From NCBI GenBank assembly GCA_000004985.1, contig GG738901.1: a stretch of DNA of 64,000 nucleotides; one strand, written 5' to 3'. Shown in pieces: positions 55,423 to 64,000 of this stretch. This DNA is from Naegleria gruberi (taxonomy: Eukaryota). Every line of letters begins with the position of its first letter. Positions within the stretch are counted from its first letter, which is position 1. The translations under genes were made by a program, and so were the position numbers. Below the pieces are notes generated by a model. It saw only the letters and a list, made by a program, of their open reading frames with translations, made no database searches and was not told where the DNA came from.

Positions 55423-58400
55423 ATGTCTTTCTTTGGATTTGGTAGAAGTAGTAGTAGCAGCAATGTTACATCTCCTTCTTCTTCTTCGGGACAATCTGGT
55501 GATTCATCCCAATTATCTTCTCCAACTTATGACACTGGTAGAAATATTGATGGTATGTAAATTGATGATCATCAATTCAAATAATATTTAAAATTAATTT
55601 AGATATTGTGAAAGGATTATTGATTGCTTTGGATGATAGTGATATTAACGTACACAAGAATATTCACCAATCTCTTCTAAAAATTGGTAATGAATGCGAA
55701 TTGCTCTTACTGAGTAAATCACTCTACTTTTTAAATAATACTTGCCCGAAATCAAACAAGAAACACAGAGTATTTGTTATGAATATTCTTACTGAACTTT
55801 TAAATAAGAAACCATCTAGCAATGATTATGCTGTTGTTCGTACTTCTCTCAGTTCTCAAATTGATACAACACAACAATTATTTAAACTTCCGGATGATCT
55901 TTCTCGTGCATTGATTAATATGGCTGTATTAGAAATGGTACAAGAAAAATCTGTGAATTCCGATTGGCAAGCCAGTGCTTGTAATTTATTAATTGCATTA
56001 TCTAGATTCTCACCAGATATGGTTTCTGGACAATTATTGGAAAGATTCCCTGTTAGTAGTACAAATCCACCACATTATTTTGTTATCAAAGCTTTGAGTG
56101 ACATTGCTTTTTATTATCCATTATTATTTATTAGTAATTTGAAGGAAGTACTTTCAAGAACTTTACCTTTATTGGCTATGATTAAACACGATAACTTGAG
56201 ATGGGTTTTTTGTGCAGCCCTTGGTAGATGGTCGGAAGCAGCTATTTATTGTTTGGAATTATCTGAAAAATCAACTCAACATTCAAATCCTATTGATAAG
56301 ACAACAATTTCACAATATCACTCTTCAGTATTAACTGCTATGAAACATATCTTGTTGGAATGGTTGAACTTGAGAGAACCTAAAATCAGACTTGCTGCTG
56401 CTCAATCAATTGGTTACATGTGTCATATTATTGAAACAGATCAACTCAATCAATTACTTCCAAAATTAATGCCAAACTATATTCAATCACTCAGAAAAGA
56501 AATCAAGGATGACCCATTGCCAGTTACAGTTGGTCTTCAATATATTGTCAAGGTTGTTGTAAGAGATTGTCCAACCTCTTTGAATGAACATTTACAAGCA
56601 ACTTTGGGAACTTTGTACTCTGTATTGCTCACAACAATTGCCAGAAAGGGTTCTTATAAGAATGGTCAAAGAAATATTGCTGAAACTTTGAAGACATTCC
56701 ACTATTTGACTAGAGGATTTACTGACCAAGTAGTTTCATTCCTCCAAGCTCAATTGGAACAACCAACTGGTACTACTATTACACGTGTTAGTGCTCTCAA
56801 AATTTTAAGATATTTAGTTGTAAATAATGATGAAGATTTGATTTCTTACAGAGATGTAATTGTCAGTGGTTTGATGAAAATTCTCAAAGACCCAAGTGGT
56901 AATATGATTGTTATTGCTGATGACTCAGAAGTTCACTACGAATTCAGTGTTCTCATCCATACCATGGCACAAAAATCTGGATATATGATTTCACAAGGTG
57001 GTACTGAATTGGTTCATGTCATTTTGAGAGGTTGCTCTATTTCAGAAAGAAAAATTGCCGATGACCTTAAAGCCAAAATACCACCTTCCTTGTTGAATGG
57101 AAATGATCAAGAAAAAGTTGCTCAATCAATGATTGCCAGATATGAAAAGGAAGATGCTAGTGTTTTCGTAGATACCACCATAATTTCTGCCCAACAAACT
57201 GCTGAAGATGAGGAATTAAGCAGTGAAGATTCCGAAGGTAGCAAAACAACCAATCCACAAGACTCATTGGATTCATCAACAAATGTTCCACTTGTTGTAA
57301 CTTGGTACCAAGTTAGAGAAGGATGTGATCGTGTTTTATTGAGTTTCACAACTAAACTTGGTGAAGAAATGGATAAGGTTTTGTGGCCATTCTTACTTGA
57401 ATCTTTTGTTATTCCAAGTTATGATATCGCCTTCCCAGTTTTGTGTAGAGCTATTGCCGATATCAGCAAACGTAAGAAGAACGATGATGATTTCATTATT
57501 GATTTCGATGCTCAAGTCAACATTCCAAAGCAAAACTTTATCTTTGCTCGTTTATTGTTGAAGCTTACCTCTCCTTTTGGAAGAAATCAACCTGCTGTTA
57601 ACATTCTTCGTGCTCTCTATTGTCTTTCACCAAATATTCACCCAGATGTTGTTCAATTGTGGGGTAAGAAATTACCAAATTTGAAGAAGTATATTGATAC
57701 ATGTGACTCACTTACTTCCTTCAACCAAGACGAATGGGATAATCAATTATTGAACCTTGTTCGTGACAGTATTGACAGCGTTCAAGATGATAGATGGGCT
57801 GTTGCTCTTGGTGAAGCTTTGCTTGATCATGCTGACATTTTCTATAAGAACAATAGATTGTTGAAAAAGGCCTTGTTATCAATTGTTGGTCTCATTATTC
57901 AAAAGAGTCAACTTAAGCAATTTATTCACTCTGCTGTTGAAAGATGCTTCAAGATTACTGATCACACCAGTGATGAAGAAAGATTGGGATGCGCTCGTGG
58001 TCTAGGTCAAGCTGCTGTTAATCATTGTGATAGTGTTTTAACACAATTGCAAAATGTTATGAAGGCTCCAGAAAAGAAAACTGGTTTCTTCGCCAGAAAT
58101 ACTGGTAAGGAAGTTGGTCCAGAAGAAAGAGCTACTGCTATTCTTTCATATGGTTATGTATCTATGCTCACTCCTTTGAATCTCATTACATCTCGTGTCG
58201 AAGTTCACGTTGTTAAAAACATGACTCCAATTTTGAAACCTCAACCACCTCAACCAATTCCATATGAATTGAAAGAAAATGGATTGAAGGCTATTGATTT
58301 GATTGGTAAATCAGTCCATCCAAGTAGATTGAGTGATTTTATTTTGAAATCCAGAGATGAACTTGTTAGACTTGTTATTCAAATTATGACTCCATCTGCT

Positions 58401-60974
58401 CAATTATTGCAACAAGTTAATACTGTCCCTCAATACTTGTCTATTAACAAGTTAAGAGCTTTGGGTCTTGATGCCATTTCTACTTTGATTAAATTGCCAC
58501 CAAAGATTGAAGTTGACGTACAAAACGAGGTTCTTAACACCGTTTTAGGATTAATCAAAATTAAAAGTGCTATCAAACCAACAGATGCAAAACAACCACT
58601 TGGTATTGAAGAACTTCAAACTTCTGATGATTCAATTTTGGAAGGCGTTAGTAATGTCTTATTCTCACTTCTCCATACTGATAATAGCCAAGGTACTCTT
58701 GATGATATTTTAAAGGCATTGGAAACTGATCACCTCAACTCTCAAAATTCTTTGGAAAGAGACAGATCTGCCAACATTTATGTTTCCCTTTTGAAAGATT
58801 TTGCCAAGCTTATTTCTGCATATGACTCAGAATCTCAATCAGCTAACGTATTTGGTACATCCATGATTAGTTTGGGCCGTATTATTGGTCAACTTATTCC
58901 TCGAGTCACTGAATCTACAATTGGTGTTAGAAAATCTGGTCTTGATGGAATTTATCTTGTTTTGAGAATTCAACACTTCTTGCAAAACATTAAATCCCAA
59001 GATGATGAAGACCTTCCAGAATATCTTCAACAAATTGGTCCACTCAGAAACCAACTTTTTGAAGCTAGTAACATTAAGGAATTATTTGAAGTTACCAAAG
59101 AACTTTCACAAATCCTCTGCGAAGCCATCAAGGACAAGTCTCACTTGATGAATCTTATCGATACTTTGATTGATACCTTGGTCGATCCTGAAGTTGATGG
59201 TGCCAATAGCTCATGTATTGTCTTGAGTGCTTTGATTAGACTTAGAGGTAAAGAACTCGAACAAGAAGCTGCTAACTATGTCAAGAAGATGATCAAGCTA
59301 ATTCCTCAATTCATTTCCAATCAAAGAGAACAAATTGTTAGTGGTTTGCTCCATGGTATTAGAGGTTTCACTAGACATTTCCCACTTTTGATTATGAACA
59401 CCTTGATTGCTTATCCAGTCCCTCATACCATTGAAGTTACCAAGAGCTTCCAAATTATCTCTACCGATCCAATGTTGAATCAACAATTGTTAGATCACTT
59501 ACTTGACATTATCAATAATGCTCAACTCTATGAAGAAAAGAGATCATCAGAAGTTGATATGGACTTGATTCCAACACACAATACAGTCTCCTGTACACAA
59601 GCCCTTTATGAAATCTTGGCTGTTGAAGACTTTGCCCAAATTGCCATGAAGAATTATGCCTCAATCATAATTACTGCACTCGTTAGAGTTGGTACTGCTA
59701 ACGAAATGACTGTAAATCCTCCAACTAAGTATGCTCAACAATGTATCATTAACTTCTACAAGCTCACACAAGAAACAATTCGTAATGCTAAATTGGAAGA
59801 ATTGGAAGAAACACACGATTCTAGCCATGAAGATCACAAACAAACCTTTGAAGAACGTAAGGAAGCCATTATTTCTAGTACTCCTCTCGAGTTTGAAGCT
59901 ACTATCTTGGAAGGTCTTCTCCAAAAGAAGATTTATGGTGACTCTGTCCAAGAAGTTTTGAGTAAGATTTGTAAAGCTTATCCACAACATGTTAGAGCCA
60001 TGTTTGATTTTGTAAAGCCATTCATTAGCAGAACCTTCATTGGTCAAAGAGTTATTGCTACTTGTATTATTTCTGTATTACTTAACTTTATCCAAAATGA
60101 TAGAGAATTAGTCCACAATTGCATCAATGCCTTACTCAGCAGAAGTGGTACTGATGAAGTTGTCGTTGTGAAATTGTATGCCTTGCGTGGTTTGTCTAGT
60201 TTGTCCATCCATCCAAAGGATATTCTTCATCAATATGTTACTCCTGTTATTGGTGCTCTTCTTTCCAATTTGGAAGATTTGAATCAAGCTGTTATTCTGG
60301 AAGCTATGACAAGTGTAAAGAATATTTTCAAGATTGCTGAAGACGCCTACATTTCACCACTTTTAATGAACTTGTGTGTTAGATTGAAGCCATCATTTGA
60401 AAAGAAAGATCCACTCATTAGAGAAGCATCAATCAAATTATTTGGTGCTTTGCATCGTTTCTGTGATGGTGTTATGAGAGATACCCTCATTTCAACAATT
60501 TTCAATAATTTGCCAATTTTGTTATGTCACGTTCAAGATCCTGAAGAAAATGTCAGTATTGCATGCAGACTTGCTTTAAGACAACTTGTTCCAACACTTA
60601 AGAGTGAAGCATTTACTGAAATTTTCCAAATTGATGCCTTTAAGGTTGAAGATACCACTGCTCCTCAAGCTGTACAACCATTGAAATTTGATGAATTTTC
60701 TGAAATTTTCGCCAAAACTTGGATTCAAGAGTTCCCAGACAGAATTAGTGATTTGGTCATGAATTTGGTTGTGTTCTATAAGAGTGAATGGTCAAATTGT
60801 TGCGCCTCAGCTTGTTTGATTCTTGGTTATTTGCTTGCTAATTTAAGTAAGGAGCAAAAGACAAGAGTCAATCTTAGACACACTACACAAGGCCTCACTG
60901 ACTTGTTAAAATCACCTTCTCCTCTCATTAGAGAAAAGGTTTCCAAGATGTTAGGTTTATTATTCGAAGCTTAA
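55423..60974 (+). CDS. large HEAT/ARM-repeat protein (MROH1/HEATR7-like?); join(55423..55552,55603..60974), about 1833 aa
   Basis: Exon 1 encodes MSFFGFGRSSSSSNVTSPSSSSGQSGDSSQLSSPTYDTGRNID and ends at a GTATGT donor. A 50-nt intron with a TTTAG acceptor joins in frame to a 5.4-kb exon of alpha-helical repeats. Confidence 0.8.
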
Positions 60975-60991
60975 AATAAAAAAGTAAATAT

Positions 60992-62129
60992 TTATAAAAT
61001 TTCACATGATTTGAGCATGGAAAGAAGTGCAATGAAAGGATACCACATGTTATGATCTGGTTGTTGTTGAACTACCACTGTTGCTGCTCCCTCATTTGCT
61101 TCTTCTCCTTGTCCTTCATCAGAAGAAGATTCTGGACTAGTTGGTGTGGTGGAATTATTTGATGGTTGAGTTGTTTCTTCCTTAACTTCCTCTGCAACTA
61201 CTTCTTGAGTAACACTCTCCTCAGCATTTGGTGTAGAAGCAACACTGCTACTCTTACTACCTGTTGTGGCCACAGATGAAACTTCAACCACTTGTTTGAA
61301 TTTTGATTCAATACCAGTCATGATAACTTCCTCAATTCCTTCCCTAGTCAATGCACTACATTCTCTATAGGCATAAAATCCATTTTCCTTTGCAAACTCT
61401 TGAGCTTGTTCAAATGAAACTGGTTCTTCACCAATTTCCTTCAAATCATTTAAGGTTCTTTCATCCTGTCTCAAATCAGATTTTGTTCCAACGAGAATGC
61501 ATGGAACTTTTGGAGTAAAGGCCTTTCCAGTACCTGAAATTTCTCTCATCCAAAGTCTTTTCACACTTTTCAAACTTGATGGAGAAACTACTGAAAAACA
61601 AACAAAGAATAAATCAGTTTCTGGATAACTCAATAATCTCAAATTATCAAAATCTACATTAAATATGATCAATTCGTCCAAATAATAATATTCGAATCAA
61701 TGTAGAACACATTTTAAAAACTCACCTTCCTGCCCAGCTATTTTCCACAAACAACAAACAATACACAAACGAAAATGATGTTAACACATTGTAAATATCG
61801 TAAATAACTATTCGAATCTCTTACCTGTATCCCACAAATTCAAAATTACTTGCTCCTCCTGATAATTAACTTTTTGAATTCTATTATCAATTACAGTAGG
61901 TACGTGATCTTCATCAAATTCATTTTCTACAATTGATTCCGATTTTAATCTAAGTTTCGAATAAAATTCTTCTTCTTCTTACCTGTGAAAGAAATTAAAA
62001 GACAAGTTTTTCCTACGGCGCAATCACCTGCATAATAATATTATTTATAACTTTAATGTGAGAATGAAATGTAAACGCACCTACAAAAACAACCTTGTAT
62101 CTTCTGGTGTCAATTGTCGTTTCTGACAT
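60992..62129 (-). CDS. Rho/Rac-family small GTPase with CAAX box; complement(join(60992..61653,61726..61737,61825..61926,61983..62027,62081..62129)), 289 aa
   Basis: MSETTIDTRRYKVVFVG|GDCAVGKTCLLISFT|ENEFDEDHVPTVIDNRIQKVNYQEEQVILNLWDT|AGQE|DFDNLRLLSYPETDLFFVCFSVVSP...LVGTKSDLR...ECSALT, then a roughly 90-aa acidic/Ser/Thr-rich insert and a C-terminal CEIL (geranylgeranyl-type CAAX). It includes a 12-nt micro-exon flanked by AAAATAG and GTGAGT. Confidence 0.85.
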
Positions 62130-62406
62130 TTTTTTATTTTGGTTTCCAAACATCAATTTGACAAATATGGAATGTTGACTCTACAATTTTTATGAAATAT
62201 ATTTTTCATCGAACTCTTTTTAATACAACATTAAATACTCTTTTACAATATTCTCTATTTAACCTAAATATATTTAAAAACGCAAATTTTTGTAATTTTG
62301 TAGAAACTTGAAAAAAAAATATTAAAAAAAAATACAACAAAACCATCAGAGAGAGGTTTTTAATTTTCTTCACAACACCACCACAACAAATCAACAACAA
62401 CAAAAA

Positions 62407-63342
62407 ATGAGTAATGAAAACTCTTGGAAATCCGTTCAAAATAAGCCAAGAAGCGGAAGAAAGCAACAGCAACAACAATCTCCTACCACTACCCCTGCAA
62501 CAACCACCACTACTACTACCAATTCTAATAGTAACACATCCGGTGCTTCCATCTCCTCCAATAATATCAATATTTCATCTCCAACTAATCCTACTACTTC
62601 CACTAGTTTAAATCATTCACAAACAATAACAAATTCACCATCTGTAGCCTTGGGTGGAAATCAACAAAATAATGCTACAACATCAAATACTTCATCAGCA
62701 AAGAAAAAGACAAATAATGTAGAAACAAATGAAAAGGTTCATCCTCTTGGTGATACTTTCACATTTTCATATTTCAGAAAGGAAAAGGGTATTGATTATG
62801 AAGATTGTATGAAAAATGTTGGTGATTTTTCAACTGTAGAGCAATTCTGGGCACTTTACACTCACATGAAGAGACCGTATGAACTTAAAGTTTCTATGGA
62901 TTATCATCTTTTTAAACAAGGCATTAAACCAATGTGGGAAGATGATAAAAACAAAACTGGTGGAAGATTAATGTTAAGATGTAAGAGTGGCTACTCTGCT
63001 CGTATTTGGGAGGATTTACTTTTGGCATTCATTGGACAACAATTCAAGAATACTAATGATGTTAATGGAGTTGTGATTTCCATCAGAGAAAACCATGACA
63101 TTATTTCTATCTGGAATGCAGATGGAGAAAAGGAAGAAATTCAAGAAGCATTAAAACAAGACGCTATGAAGTTATTGAATTTACCTTCACAAACTAAATT
63201 GGAATACAAACCACATCAAGAATCAATCAATAATCACACTAAGATGTTAGAAATGATAGGAAATAATGCCACAAGTCAAGGTTTTGATGAAGATGCAGTG
63301 ACTGAATTAGATCAAGAACTTGAAGTCTATTTGAAACGATAA
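62407..63342 (+). CDS. eIF4E-family cap-binding protein with an N-terminal Gln/Thr/Ser-rich extension, 311 aa
   Basis: ATG at 62407. The eIF4E core HPLGDTFTFSYFRK, FSTVEQFWALYTHMKRP and LFKQGIKPMWEDDKNKTGGRLMLR carries the cap-binding Trp residues. The domain is followed by a short acidic tail. Confidence 0.85.
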   Translation: MSNENSWKSVQNKPRSGRKQQQQQSPTTTPATTTTTTTNSNSNTSGASISSNNINISSPTNPTTSTSLNHSQTITNSPSVALGGNQQNNATTSNTSSAKKKTNNVETNEKVHPLGDTFTFSYFRKEKGIDYEDCMKNVGDFSTVEQFWALYTHMKRPYELKVSMDYHLFKQGIKPMWEDDKNKTGGRLMLRCKSGYSARIWEDLLLAFIGQQFKNTNDVNGVVISIRENHDIISIWNADGEKEEIQEALKQDAMKLLNLPSQTKLEYKPHQESINNHTKMLEMIGNNATSQGFDEDAVTELDQELEVYLKR

Positions 63343-63554
63343 ATTAATTTCAATCTTTTTCCTTTTTTGATATTTAAAAGTTTCATCACCTTTTGCTTTT
63401 CACATATTAACCCTTTAAACAATTTAATAATATTTAAAAATATTAATATTATAATTTAATTTTTTATTTATTATGTGTCAGTTATTGGCCGACAAAAATT
63501 GCGTCTGTGGAAATGAAAAACACCCTAATCTTTACAAAATACAAGTTAATTAAC

Positions 63555-64000
63555 TTATTTAAGTCTTTCAGTCTTGAAGAAAGCTTCTTCGGCTCTTTGT
63601 CTCTCCTTTTCACCACCTTCTTCCCAAGCTCTTGCAGCTTCTTCACTCTTGAAGTGAGCAAAGTCTCTCTTGGTCTTAGCGCCCTTACCAACACCGAATG
63701 ATGACAAGAATGACCACCATTCTTCGTCAGACAAAGCAAGCTTGTCTTCCTTCTTTTCCTTCTTTTCACCGTCCTTCTTACCTTCTTCAGCAGCAGATTC
63801 AGATGATGATCTCAAAGAAGCAACTTCAGATTCCAATTCCTTAACACGACGAGCACCATCGATAACACCATGGTACAAGTTTTGTTCTTCTCTCTTCTTG
63901 GCAGACAAAGTAGCAGCCTTGGAGGAGATTGATCTGTATTCATCTTCTTCAATCTTGGATGATTCCTTGGTAATCCATTCCTTATTACGGACGAGGATTT
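63555..64000 (-). CDS. partial (5'-truncated by the window edge) Lys/Glu-rich hypothetical protein
   Basis: The minus-strand ORF runs off the window end (...RNKEWITKESSKIEEDEYRSISSKAATLSAKKREEQNLYHGVIDGARRVKELE...FFKTERLK*). Its codon usage is distinctly GC3-richer (GGT/GCT/AAG/GAA, CGT Arg) than its neighbours. Confidence 0.55.
   Translation of the reverse strand, partial: ILVRNKEWITKESSKIEEDEYRSISSKAATLSAKKREEQNLYHGVIDGARRVKELESEVASLRSSSESAAEEGKKDGEKKEKKEDKLALSDEEWWSFLSSFGVGKGAKTKRDFAHFKSEEAARAWEEGGEKERQRAEEAFFKTERLK

Overview
This window reads as eukaryotic nuclear DNA. It is AT-rich (roughly one-third GC), uses the standard genetic code and is very gene-dense: about 40 protein-coding genes on both strands, roughly one per 1.6 kb. 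Introns are short GT-AG spliceosomal introns (about 43-180 nt, mostly GTAAGT/GTATGT donors). Several proteins have Gln/Asn/Ser-rich low-complexity tracts.

I cannot name the species. Codon usage (AGA, TTG/TTA, CAA, GGT, CCA), a heterotrimeric G-alpha next to a 7TM receptor, a MeaB/MMAA gene that implies a B12-dependent methylmalonyl-CoA mutase pathway, and many F-box genes all point to a free-living, mitochondriate protist (amoebozoan- or heterolobosean-like) or an early-diverging fungus. There are no prokaryotic operons, CRISPR arrays or tRNAs.

The protein-coding genes are an NmrA-like reductase, an AP-complex mu subunit, a rhomboid, a degenerate DEAD-box half-protein, an F-box/LRR protein, an eEF1A/Hbs1-family GTPase paralog, MeaB/ArgK, a 7TM receptor-like gene divergent from a G-alpha gene, an LRR-FH1-FH2 formin, an FxFG nucleoporin-like gene, a peroxisomal (C-terminal SKL) enoyl-CoA hydratase, a 5-exon GCK-III STE20 kinase, an aldo-keto reductase, GST, a P4H-like 2OG oxygenase fused to an F-box, an AlkB-like oxygenase, a 1833-aa HEAT-repeat protein, a 5-exon Rho GTPase with a 12-nt micro-exon, and eIF4E.

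The non-coding content is two dispersed 5S rRNA genes 3.57 kb apart, a ~250-300 bp dispersed repeat in three same-orientation copies (one beside a 5S gene, two flanking a 4.8 kb four-gene block), and a 33-bp tandem array encoding an 11-residue peptide repeat.

All coordinates come from hand reading of the sequence and may be off by 1-2 nt. Splice junctions are inferred from protein-family conservation and have not been verified.
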